From NCBI GenBank assembly GCA_022844165.1, contig JALHMH010000016.1, positions 37,672 through 101,671 of the forward strand: DNA of 64,000 bases. Direction: 5' to 3'. The stretch comes from Lysobacterales bacterium. GTDB taxonomy: Bacteria > Pseudomonadota > Gammaproteobacteria > Xanthomonadales > SZUA-5. The first letter of the stretch is position 1, and the number at the start of each line of letters is the position of its first letter. The notes below the pieces were generated by a model. That model did no database searches. It was not told the DNA's origin and saw only the letters and a list, made by a program, of their open reading frames with translations. The translations under genes and the position numbers were made by a program. Positions 9,271 through 17,915 of the stretch are shown in pieces.

Positions 9271-10733
9271 AACGATGGTTCTGGCTCGCAATCGGCGCTT
9301 GGCTGGCGGCTTCCGCCGATGCGCGTACGGTTGGCGAGATCGAGTTCAAGAAATGCGAGCTGCCGGTGGTTGGCATGCGCCCTTCCAATCCAGAGAACGC
9401 CGAATGCGCAACGCTCACAGTCCCTGAAAATTGGGAGGCACCCGATGGGCGCAAGATTGAACTTGCGCTCGCGCTGGTGCCGTCGCGAGCGCCGCGGGCC
9501 AAGCCTGATCCAGTGTTTATGCTGGCCGGCGGCCCGGGTCAGTCGGCGCGGGAGTCGTGGCGCGTGGTCGCGGCGGCATTTCAGGACATCCTCGCCGAAC
9601 GTCACGTGATCCTTCTCGATCAGCGCGGAACGGGTGCGTCGAATCGCTTTCGGTGCCCGAACGACGACAACTTTGATGCGCTCGCTGCGGAGTTCAGTCC
9701 AGCGCTGGCGGCGCAGGCGGCCAGACAGTGCATCGAAGCGAATCGCGACACCCACGATGCGCGCTATTACTCAAGCGAGGATGCCGCCAAGGACTTAGAT
9801 CGCGTCCGCGCGGCGCTTGGCAGCGAACAACTGAATCTCGTCGGCGTGTCGTACGGTACACGCATGGCGCAGGTGTACGCCAAACGCTATCCGGACCGTG
9901 TGCGGACGATGCTGCTCGACAGCGTCGTGCCCAACGAGCTTGCGCTCGGCAGCGAACATGCGGTCAACCTTGAAACGACATTGAAAGAGACCCTCGCGCG
10001 CTGCACGAACGATGCCGAATGTCAGAAAACCTTCGGCGATCCGTATGCGACCTTGTACGAAATCAAGGCGGCGATCGCCGCGGCTCCGCGCATGGTGCCG
10101 GTGCGCGATCCGCGCAATGGCGCCGTCGTGGAGCGCCCGCTCAATTCGCAGAGTCTGTCCACGGTGGCGCGCATGTACATGTACCAACCAGCGGTTGCCG
10201 CGCTACTGCCGGTGGTGCTCGCGGAGGCGAAGGCTGGTCGTTATGAATCGCTGATTGCGCAGGCGCAGATGATGGGCGACGACCTTGGCGCGCAGATTGC
10301 GATGGGTATGCACTGGAGCGTGCTGTGTGCCGAAGACGCGCCGAAGATGCAGCCACGTCCGCAGGATCGGGACCTGATATTGGGCGATGACTTGGTCGAG
10401 GTCACCATTGCCTGGTGTGGCGAATGGCCGAAACGCGCCATGCCGCCCGATACGCATGCCCCGGCCACGCATTCGATTCCGACGTTGGCGCTGTCCGGTC
10501 AGTACGATCCGGTCACGCCGCCGCGGTACGGCGATCAAGCCATCGCGCAGATGAAAAACGCTCGGCATATCGTTGTGCCCGGCGTCGGCCATAGCGTGAT
10601 GGGTGCTGGTTGCGCGCCACGATTGGTCGCCGAATTCATCGACGCGGCGAGCGCCAAGGACCTCGATCCCAAGTGTTTGGAGTCGCTGACCCCTGCGCCG
10701 TTTTTCCTCAATCTTTCCGGGAGCGCACCGTGA
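9267..10733 (+). CDS. Exported alpha/beta-hydrolase, TAP-like/S33 aminopeptidase
   Basis: Signal peptide, LAGGPG, DQRGTG, GVSYG nucleophile, DPVTP, GH. Confidence 0.88.
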   Translation: MKRWFWLAIGAWLAASADARTVGEIEFKKCELPVVGMRPSNPENAECATLTVPENWEAPDGRKIELALALVPSRAPRAKPDPVFMLAGGPGQSARESWRVVAAAFQDILAERHVILLDQRGTGASNRFRCPNDDNFDALAAEFSPALAAQAARQCIEANRDTHDARYYSSEDAAKDLDRVRAALGSEQLNLVGVSYGTRMAQVYAKRYPDRVRTMLLDSVVPNELALGSEHAVNLETTLKETLARCTNDAECQKTFGDPYATLYEIKAAIAAAPRMVPVRDPRNGAVVERPLNSQSLSTVARMYMYQPAVAALLPVVLAEAKAGRYESLIAQAQMMGDDLGAQIAMGMHWSVLCAEDAPKMQPRPQDRDLILGDDLVEVTIAWCGEWPKRAMPPDTHAPATHSIPTLALSGQYDPVTPPRYGDQAIAQMKNARHIVVPGVGHSVMGAGCAPRLVAEFIDAASAKDLDPKCLESLTPAPFFLNLSGSAP

Positions 10734-11464
10734 TCGAACTGAACGATTTGCGCAAGACGTTTGGCGCGGTCAAGGCCGTCGACGGCGTGAGTTTCGTCGC
10801 GCGGGATGGCGAGATCACCGGACTGCTCGGGCCTAATGGCGCCGGCAAGACGACCACGTTGCGCATGCTGTACACATTGATGAAACCAGAAACCGGGAGC
10901 ATCAAAGTCGACGGCGTGGACATCACGCGGAACCCCGACGCGGTGCGCCGCAATCTGGGCGTGCTGCCGGATGCACGCGGGCTCTACAAGCGCTTGAGCG
11001 CACGCGAGAACATCGAGTACTTCGGGCGTTTGCACGGCCTCGATGAAGCGACGTTAAAGATGCGTTGCGATGCGCTGATCCAGGCGCTGAATATTGGCGA
11101 TATCGAACAACGCAAGACCGAAGGCTTCAGCAACGGCCAACGCGTCAAGACGGCGATCGCCCGCGCGCTGATCCACGACCCGCGCAACGTCTTGCTCGAC
11201 GAACCCACCAATGGCCTTGATGTCATGGCGACACGGGCGTTGCGCCAGTTCATGTTGAATCTGCGCGGCGAAGGACGCTGCGTGCTGTTTTCTTCGCACA
11301 TCATGCAAGAGGTCGCGGCACTGTGCGATCGCATCGTGGTCATCGCCAAGGGCCGTGTCGTCGCCCAAGGTACGGCAGACGAGCTTCGTGCGCAAACCGG
11401 CGAAAGCAATCTTGAAGATGCCTTCGTCAAAGTCATTGGATCGGAAGAAGGCCTCTCGCTATGA
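10730..11464 (+). CDS. ABC exporter ATP-binding subunit (NatA-like)
   Basis: GPNGAGKTT, FSNGQ, LLDEPTNGLD, SSH; GTGA overlap with upstream gene. Confidence 0.92.
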   Translation: MIELNDLRKTFGAVKAVDGVSFVARDGEITGLLGPNGAGKTTTLRMLYTLMKPETGSIKVDGVDITRNPDAVRRNLGVLPDARGLYKRLSARENIEYFGRLHGLDEATLKMRCDALIQALNIGDIEQRKTEGFSNGQRVKTAIARALIHDPRNVLLDEPTNGLDVMATRALRQFMLNLRGEGRCVLFSSHIMQEVAALCDRIVVIAKGRVVAQGTADELRAQTGESNLEDAFVKVIGSEEGLSL

Positions 11465-12636
11465 GCGCATGGAATGTGGTGTTCCTCAAAGAAGTGCGCG
11501 AGAACCTGCGCGACAAGCGTGCCATGGTCAGTACCTTCGTGTATGGCACGCTGCTTGGACCGGTGCTGTTCGCCGGGCTGATCGGCATGATGATTTCGGT
11601 GATGCTCGAACGCAGCGAAAAGCCGCTCGAATTGCCGGTGATCGGCAGCGAAAACGCGCCGAATCTGGTTGCCTTCCTGCGCTCTCAGGGCGTTGAGGTT
11701 CAGAAAGCGCCCAACGATCCGGAAGAGACCATCAAGCGCCGTGACGCCGATGTGATCCTGCGCATTCCAGCCGCATACGGCGAGCAGTGGCGGGCCGGCA
11801 AAGCCGCAACGCTGGAACTGATCGTCGATCGTTCGCAGCAGAAAGCCGAACAGTCGATACGGCGTACTGAGCGCTACATTCAGGCGTATGCCGGCCAGAC
11901 AACGGCACAACGTCTGATCGTTCGCGGTATCAGCCCGGAAGTGATCCAACCCATACTGGTGGCCGATGTCGATCAATCCACACCACAATCGCGCAGCGGC
12001 ATATTGCTGGCAATGCTGCCGTACCTGCTGATCCTCACCGTATTTGCGGGCGGCAGTTATCTCGCGGTGGATGCCACCGCTGGCGAACGCGAGCGGCAGT
12101 CGCTGGAGCCACTGCTGATCAATCCCGTCAGTCGCGGCGAGATTATGTTCGGCAAGCTGGTCGCCACCTACGCATTCGCTGCAGCATCGCTGGCGCTATC
12201 GCTTTTCGCCTTCTCCATCGTCACACCAATGTTGCCGGTGGAAAAGATCGGCATGATCATCAACTTCGGGCTCAAGCAGTGTTTGTTGCTGTTCGTTGCG
12301 ATCGTGCCGTTGGGCTTGATCGGCGCCGGTTTGCTGACCAGCGTATCGGCGTTCAGCAAGAGTTTCCGCGAGGCCCAAACCTACGTCACGCTGCTGATCA
12401 TGATGCCGGCGATCCCGTCGATGATCATGGCGCTGAATCCACTGAAACCCGCCGACTGGATGTACGCGGCGCCGCTGATCAGTCACCAGTTGCTGATCGA
12501 ACAAACGGTGCGCGGCGAGCCGGCCGTGTTCTGGCAATTTGCCGCATCCGTGGGTGTCACGTTGCTGATCGGCGCGATCGTGGCGTTTGTGGCATCGAAA
12601 CTCTATCACCGCGAACAGCTGGCGATTTCCGCATGA
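11461..12636 (+). CDS. ABC-2 exporter permease (NatB-like)
   Basis: KEVRENLRDKR, AGERERQSLEPLL, multiple TM helices. Confidence 0.9.
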   Translation: MSAWNVVFLKEVRENLRDKRAMVSTFVYGTLLGPVLFAGLIGMMISVMLERSEKPLELPVIGSENAPNLVAFLRSQGVEVQKAPNDPEETIKRRDADVILRIPAAYGEQWRAGKAATLELIVDRSQQKAEQSIRRTERYIQAYAGQTTAQRLIVRGISPEVIQPILVADVDQSTPQSRSGILLAMLPYLLILTVFAGGSYLAVDATAGERERQSLEPLLINPVSRGEIMFGKLVATYAFAAASLALSLFAFSIVTPMLPVEKIGMIINFGLKQCLLLFVAIVPLGLIGAGLLTSVSAFSKSFREAQTYVTLLIMMPAIPSMIMALNPLKPADWMYAAPLISHQLLIEQTVRGEPAVFWQFAASVGVTLLIGAIVAFVASKLYHREQLAISA

Positions 12637-12643
12637 TCTGCAT

Positions 12644-12669
12644 GCGGGGCAAGCACACGCTTGCCCCGC
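12644..12669 (+). terminator. Probable intrinsic terminator hairpin
   Basis: GCGGGGCAAGC-acac-GCTTGCCCCGC perfect 11-bp stem just after the permease stop; weak U-tract. Confidence 0.6.
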
Positions 12670-12673
12670 TGCT

Positions 12674-12702
12674 TTGACCTTTTGCCGCGAACGCTATACC
12701 TT
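12674..12702 (+). promoter_or_regulatory. Putative sigma70 promoter for the Uma2 gene
   Basis: TTGACC-N17-TACCTT about 30 bp upstream of the ATG. Confidence 0.45.
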
Positions 12703-12731
12703 GGTGGCCCGGCAGCGCACCGAGGTGCACG

Positions 12732-13316
12732 ATGTCCAATGCCCAACGCGTCGACGAAATCGGCGAATTCACGTATCGCGATTACCAGCAGTGGCCTGCG
12801 CGCCCGCGTTATGAGTTGCTGGATGGGCATGCGCGTCTGATGGCGCCGCCAACAACGGTTCATCAGCGTGTGGTCTTTGAGCTTGGCGGCCAAATCAGGA
12901 ATGCGCTTCAGGGCCATGCCTGCCAGGCGTTCGCCGGCCCTGTTGGTGTGCGTTTGCCGGCAAGCGACGAAGCCGATGATTTCATCAAAACCGTGCTGGA
13001 ACCCGACCTCGTCATCGTTTGTGATGCCAACAAGATCGATGCGAAGGGCATTCGCGGCGCACCCGATGTCGTCATCGAGGTGCTGTCGCCGTCGACAGCG
13101 GCCTACGACAGTATCGACAAGCGCTACGCGTACGAGCGCGCCGGCGTGCGCGAGTTGTGGTTGATCGATGTAGCGAGCGGCCTGGTGCATCGATTCCGCC
13201 GAGAAGCGAGCGGGTTTTCCGGTCCCGAAATAGTGCGTGCCGAAGGGCAGATCGAATTGTGTCTGGGATTCTCGCTGTCGTTGGATTTCATGGTGCCGAT
13301 GCGACAAAACGACTAA
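12732..13316 (+). CDS. Uma2/DUF820-family putative PD-(D/E)XK endonuclease
   Basis: RYELLDG, MAPP..HQ, EPDLVIVCD, GAPDVVIEVLSPST, K..YERAGVRELWLID. Confidence 0.92.
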   Translation: MSNAQRVDEIGEFTYRDYQQWPARPRYELLDGHARLMAPPTTVHQRVVFELGGQIRNALQGHACQAFAGPVGVRLPASDEADDFIKTVLEPDLVIVCDANKIDAKGIRGAPDVVIEVLSPSTAAYDSIDKRYAYERAGVRELWLIDVASGLVHRFRREASGFSGPEIVRAEGQIELCLGFSLSLDFMVPMRQND

Positions 13317-13554
13317 CGAGGCTTCGCCCAGACCGCCGAGCATTGCTGGCTTCGTCCGACAGCGTACTCGCCACAACCCCGCGCTCGGCATTTCCGGCCC
13401 AGCGGCGCAGCCGCCGGGCGTTCGACTCGGCACACGCCTGCGGCGTGTCAGCGCCGAGTCTCACCCCGATGACTCAAGGGGGCTTCAAAAGACAAAGCCG
13501 CTTCGTAGAAAATTTGACTCACTTGTCGAGATCAGTCTCCGTCAAGGACTCTAA
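13313..13554 (+). repeat. ~240 bp intergenic structured repeat, copy 2
   Basis: Highly similar to copy 3; CTAACGAG occurs at both ends (13313-13320 and 13551-13558). Confidence 0.9.
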
Positions 13555-13634
13555 CGAGTGGACCGGATCAACTTTCGCGGATCGCGCACATCGCACCGAG
13601 CATTGTTCGGTCTCCGCCAGCTCGCCAGTCCGTC

Positions 13635-14099
13635 ATGACCCGATCGCTCCTGTTGTTGGTACTTTGTTTCGTCATCTGCTTTGCCGCCAGTGCGGTTGGC
13701 ATCGTGTTCGGTCCGGATGCCTGGTTTGCGGCGCTGATCAAGCCGTCATTTCAACCGCCGAATGGGTGGTTCGGGCCGGTATGGACGTTACTTTATGCGC
13801 TGATGTCGGTGGCGCTGTGGCGTGTCTGGCGCCTGCCCGCGTCTCCACTCAGGCGTCTTGCGTTGGTGTGTTTCGCCGTTCAGCTGGTTCTGAACGCGGC
13901 GTGGTCGCCGCTGTTCTTCGGCGCTCACAGCATCGGCGGTGCGCTTGTGGTTCTGGCGCTCCTGATACCGAGCGTGGCAACTGCGATCGTGCTGTTCTGG
14001 CGCATCGACCGCATCGCAAGCGCGCTGCTTTGGCCATACCTGGCGTGGCTCTGCTTCGCGCTGCTATTGAATGCCGCAATATGGCAATTGAACGGATGA
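13635..14099 (+). CDS. tspO: TspO/MBR tryptophan-rich sensory protein
   Basis: KPSFQPPN.WFGPVWTLLY, QLVLNAAWSPLFF, PYLAWLCFA. Confidence 0.92.
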   Translation: MTRSLLLLVLCFVICFAASAVGIVFGPDAWFAALIKPSFQPPNGWFGPVWTLLYALMSVALWRVWRLPASPLRRLALVCFAVQLVLNAAWSPLFFGAHSIGGALVVLALLIPSVATAIVLFWRIDRIASALLWPYLAWLCFALLLNAAIWQLNG

Positions 14100-14102
14100 T
14101 AC

Positions 14103-14954
14103 TCAGCCAAGATTGAGGCGAGCTTTGACGATGCCAACCCGGCGGCGGCTGACCGGTATCCGGCTGCCATCACTCAGCTCGCAGTTCCATCCGTATGGGC
14201 TTTTGACCATCCGTTTCACGTGCGCGCTGGCAACCCAAAATGAGCGATGCACACGTACGCCGCGATCCGCCAATTCGCGATCGATCGCCGCCATCGTGCC
14301 GAGGATCGTTGTCTGACCCTCGGTGGCCGTGATGTGCAGGTAATGCAGATCTGCACGAATGGCAATGACATCGCCCACGTCGGGCGGCCATGGCAGAGAT
14401 GAACTGGTTTCCTGCGCCGTTTCACCGGTCTGTGCGGCGTCAACGGTTTGGTCTGTCTCGTCGATCGGCGGCGATGAGGTTGATGCGAGTGGCGCGAGCC
14501 GCGGTCGATAAGCGTCGATCAACGGCGTCGATTGCACCAGCAGCCAAGCGGTGATGTAGCTCGGGTACAGTTGCAGAAACTCGCCGACATACGCAGACAG
14601 ACCGCCTTGCGCCTCTAGTTGATCTACCCAGTCCTGGTCGGTGTCGACCATTTGTGCACTCGGCATCAGCGCCTCGATCCCCAGTGCAAACGGGGCAAAT
14701 GCCAGCGCACCGAGCGTACCACCCAGCAGAACCACCCGCCAGGCCGGCCAGCCCCGGCTCACGGGCCACGCACTCAGTGCGCGCGTTGCGATCACGGCCG
14801 CGCCTAGTCCGAAGCTGATGTGCGTCAACCAGTACAACGTGCCAAGGCCCAGGGGCAGGCGATCCGCCGGGTCGGCACCCATGGCGACGAACAGCACGGT
14901 CAATGCGACGATGGCGAAACACAAATTTCGTGTCAACGGTGCGTTGTCGATCAA
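14103..14954 (-). CDS. Membrane-anchored LytTR-family DNA-binding regulator
   Basis: N-terminal TM helices; C-terminal ADLHYLHI...RVHRSFWV...IPVSRR. Confidence 0.85.
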   Translation of the reverse strand: MIDNAPLTRNLCFAIVALTVLFVAMGADPADRLPLGLGTLYWLTHISFGLGAAVIATRALSAWPVSRGWPAWRVVLLGGTLGALAFAPFALGIEALMPSAQMVDTDQDWVDQLEAQGGLSAYVGEFLQLYPSYITAWLLVQSTPLIDAYRPRLAPLASTSSPPIDETDQTVDAAQTGETAQETSSSLPWPPDVGDVIAIRADLHYLHITATEGQTTILGTMAAIDRELADRGVRVHRSFWVASAHVKRMVKSPYGWNCELSDGSRIPVSRRRVGIVKARLNLG

Positions 14955-15097
14955 TCTATGAGCGTCCTGGCAACAACCACTGGTGAAAGATAGCGACCGC
15001 TGATGCCAAACGGTGTCAACGGCAAGCGGGTTTGTGGTCAGCTTTCTCTACGGCGTACCTCGCCGTCCGACTCATCCATCACAAAGGAGTTATGTAC

Positions 15098-15739
15098 ATG
15101 AAAAATTTGTCGAAAGTGGCTGGTATCGCATTACTGGCCCATGCACCGGCGGCACTGGCCGATGGCCGCTGGTACGCCGGTTTGATCGGCGGTCTCGCCA
15201 ACCAGGGCGATCAAGACCTCGTTTACGCACCCGGCAACATCCGCCGCGAAGCGGCATTAGGCAGCGGCTTCCTGGGCGGTGGTGCGGTTGGCTACGCGTT
15301 CGGCAACGGCTGGCGTCTGGAAGGTGAATTCGTCTACCAATCGGTCGATATGGACGCGGTCAATTTCGGTACCGGCTTGCCCAGTGGCGATGGCAATTTT
15401 GCGTCGACCTCTATCGCGCTGAATGCGCTGTATGAGGTGGACTTATTTGGCTCGCCGCGCGCACGAACCTACGTTGGGCTGGGTCTGGCGCGCATCACCG
15501 AAGTCGACATCGACTTTGAGTCCGCCGGCGTCGAACGCTCGTTCGCAGGCAGCGACGGCGCATTGCAAGCGCTGGTCGGTGCACGCTACGACATCGGCGA
15601 GAACAGCTACATTGATGCGGGCTTGCGTTATCTGGCCGCAAGCTCCGTGGAACTGGACGGAGAAGACGGCGCGGTTGGGCGCATCAAAGCCGATTACCAG
15701 CCGTGGGCGATGACCATCTCATGGGGCTGGCGCTTCTGA
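15098..15739 (+). CDS. Outer-membrane 8-stranded beta-barrel protein (OmpA-TM/Opa-like)
   Basis: Signal peptide, GYAFGNGWRLEGEF, YVGLGL, terminal WRF; AAGGAG RBS. Confidence 0.85.
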   Translation: MKNLSKVAGIALLAHAPAALADGRWYAGLIGGLANQGDQDLVYAPGNIRREAALGSGFLGGGAVGYAFGNGWRLEGEFVYQSVDMDAVNFGTGLPSGDGNFASTSIALNALYEVDLFGSPRARTYVGLGLARITEVDIDFESAGVERSFAGSDGALQALVGARYDIGENSYIDAGLRYLAASSVELDGEDGAVGRIKADYQPWAMTISWGWRF

Positions 15740-15743
15740 TTTC

Positions 15744-15989
15744 CTAGCGAGGCTTCGCCTCAGACCGCCGAGCATTGCTGGCTTCGTCCGACAGCGTACT
15801 CGCCACAACCCCGCGCTTCGCATTTTCGGCCCGGCGGCAAAGCCGCCGGTCGTTCGGATCGACCCACGCCTATCGGCGTGTAAGCGCCGGTCCTCACCCC
15901 CCTTGACACATGGGGGCTTCAAGAGCCAAAGCCGCTTTGGTAGAAAATTTGACTCAACTGTACAGATCCCGCTCCGTCAAGGACTCTAG
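15744..15989 (+). repeat. ~245 bp intergenic structured repeat, copy 3
   Basis: Bounded by CTAG at both ends; aligns with copies 1 and 2. Confidence 0.9.
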
Positions 15990-16091
15990 GGCGCGCGGAG
16001 CGAGCTGCCAGCCGTTCCGCGCTTCCAAATCACGCCATTCCGACGCTTTTTTGCCTATCGTTCGCAGGTCCCCATCATAGGTCCCAAGACG

Positions 16092-16553
16092 ATGCTTCAG
16101 CCCGGCGATAAAGTGCCTGATTTTGCGCTGTCCACCGATAGCGGTGAGACGGTCAGCGCCAAGAGCCTTAAGGGTCAGCGATACGTACTGTACTTTTATC
16201 CCAAGGACGACACGCCCGGATGCACCAAAGAGGCGTGCGGATTTCGCGATAACCTGCCGGCTTTTGAGGGCATCGGGGTACGCGTGTTCGGAATCAGTGC
16301 CGACAGTCAGGCGGCGCATGGCAAGTTCGTCAAGAAATACGACCTCAACTTTTCACTGCTCGCCGATCCGCAGCGACAGTTGATCGAGCCGATTGGCGCG
16401 TGGGTCGAAAAGAGCATGTACGGAAAGAAGTACATGGGCATCGCTCGCGCGACATTCATCGTCGATGCCAAAGGCAAGATCGAGAAGGTATGGGAGAAGG
16501 TCGCGAAACCTGAGAATCACGCGATTGAGGTCCTCGCGGCATTGCGCACGTGA
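16092..16553 (+). CDS. bcp: Thioredoxin-dependent peroxiredoxin BCP/PrxQ
   Basis: YFYPKDDTPGCTKEAC. Confidence 0.95.
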   Translation: MLQPGDKVPDFALSTDSGETVSAKSLKGQRYVLYFYPKDDTPGCTKEACGFRDNLPAFEGIGVRVFGISADSQAAHGKFVKKYDLNFSLLADPQRQLIEPIGAWVEKSMYGKKYMGIARATFIVDAKGKIEKVWEKVAKPENHAIEVLAALRT

Positions 16554-17590
16554 AGGTTCATCTTGCCGGCAGCGCGCGCGCATTCGATGCGGGCGACGGC
16601 CAAACTGTGCTCGCCGCCGCGCGGCGCGCCGGTTTGGCGTTGCCTTACAGTTGTCTGTCCGGCAACTGCGGCAGTTGCAAAGCGCACGTTCTCGAAGGGA
16701 TCGTGAGTTATCCGTACAACCCGCCCAACGCTTTGTCGGACGCCGAACGGCAGGCCGGACAGGCGCTGTTGTGCCAGGCGGTACCGCAGTCGGAACTGAC
16801 CATCGCGATTCGCGAAGTGGAGGCTGTCGCCAACATTCCGCTGCGCCAACTGGCGGTTAAAGTGGTAGCGAAGACGCGCCTTTGCGACGATGTCATCGAG
16901 CTTCGGTTGATGCCACCCAAACGCGAACCGCTGAAGTATTTGCCGGGCCAGTATCTCGATGTACTGCTACCCGAGGGCAAACGCCGTGCGTTTTCGATCG
17001 CCAGTGCACCGCGCCACAGCGATACGCTTGACTTGCACGTCCGACGCGTCACGGGTGGTGGCTTCACGCAATACGTGTTCGACGAGTTGCCGGTGGGTGC
17101 GCTGCTGCGTATCGAAGCACCGCTAGGGACTTTCGTGCCGCGCGAGGGCGGCGATCGGCCGATCATCCTGATGGCTGGCGGCACGGGGTTTGCGCCCATT
17201 AAAGCGATCATCGAATACCTGTTCGATATCGGTAACCAGCGCGCGCTGCACCTGTATTGGGGCGCGCGCCACGAAAACGATTTGTATCTGGACGTGCTGT
17301 GTCGCCAGTGGCAATCGGCGCAGCCGCACTTGCGCTACACGCCAGTGCTCAGCGAAGCCAGCACACTGGAGCGCCACCAATATCGCGCCGGGCATGTGCA
17401 CGAAGCCGTGTTGAAGGATTTCCCGGACCTGTCGCGTTTCGACGTCTATATGAGCGGGCCGCCGCCCATGATCGATGCCGGGCGCCGAAGTTTTGTGGCG
17501 GCAGGCCTGCCGGACGATCGCCTCTACTTCGATTCCTTCGATTACGCACCCGATGTGCTGGCTGCATTGATCCGGGCACGCAACGGCTAG
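16550..17590 (+). CDS. 2Fe-2S ferredoxin-NAD(P)H flavin reductase (AscD-like)
   Basis: CLSGNCGSC...C, RAFSIAS, AGGTGFAP, YMSGPPPM. Confidence 0.9.
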   Translation: MKVHLAGSARAFDAGDGQTVLAAARRAGLALPYSCLSGNCGSCKAHVLEGIVSYPYNPPNALSDAERQAGQALLCQAVPQSELTIAIREVEAVANIPLRQLAVKVVAKTRLCDDVIELRLMPPKREPLKYLPGQYLDVLLPEGKRRAFSIASAPRHSDTLDLHVRRVTGGGFTQYVFDELPVGALLRIEAPLGTFVPREGGDRPIILMAGGTGFAPIKAIIEYLFDIGNQRALHLYWGARHENDLYLDVLCRQWQSAQPHLRYTPVLSEASTLERHQYRAGHVHEAVLKDFPDLSRFDVYMSGPPPMIDAGRRSFVAAGLPDDRLYFDSFDYAPDVLAALIRARNG

Positions 17591-17910
17591 CCGGCTGAGG
17601 TCGCCTCGCGCACAAATCCCAGGTATTCCGCGGACCCGCCAACCGGCATCGTCAACAGTTCCGGCAACGCATACGGATGCAGCACCACCAGCCGCGCTTG
17701 CAACGCATCGACACGATCCGCGCACGTCTTGATCAGCAACAGCGATTCAACGGCCGATTCGACGGCGCCCTGCCAACGATAGGTGGAGCGTACGCCGTCG
17801 ATACGCTGCACGCAGGCGGCGAGACGCTCGGCGACCAGCGCCACGGCGATGTCATCGGCAGCGGCGGCTGGGCAGCTCGTCAGAACCTGGACTACATCGC
17901 GCCGATGCAC
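17587..17910 (-). CDS. cutA: Divalent-cation tolerance protein CutA
   Basis: LVAERLAACV, STYRWQG, HPYALPE. Confidence 0.92.
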   Translation of the reverse strand: MHRRDVVQVLTSCPAAAADDIAVALVAERLAACVQRIDGVRSTYRWQGAVESAVESLLLIKTCADRVDALQARLVVLHPYALPELLTMPVGGSAEYLGFVREATSAG

Positions 17911-17915
17911 GATCG

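Noticed and set aside
13157-14116. ORFs spanning the repeat copies (2649-2999, 13157-14116, 15719-15922, 12606-13433) that share peptide sequence
   Set aside because: The similarity comes from the nucleotide repeat; frames are not maintained between copies and there are no protein motifs.
2649-15989. Repeat copies next to a Uma2 nuclease considered as a CRISPR-like array or nuclease-guide system
   Set aside because: Copies are long and dispersed with no repeat-spacer periodicity and no cas genes; only one of three is adjacent to Uma2.
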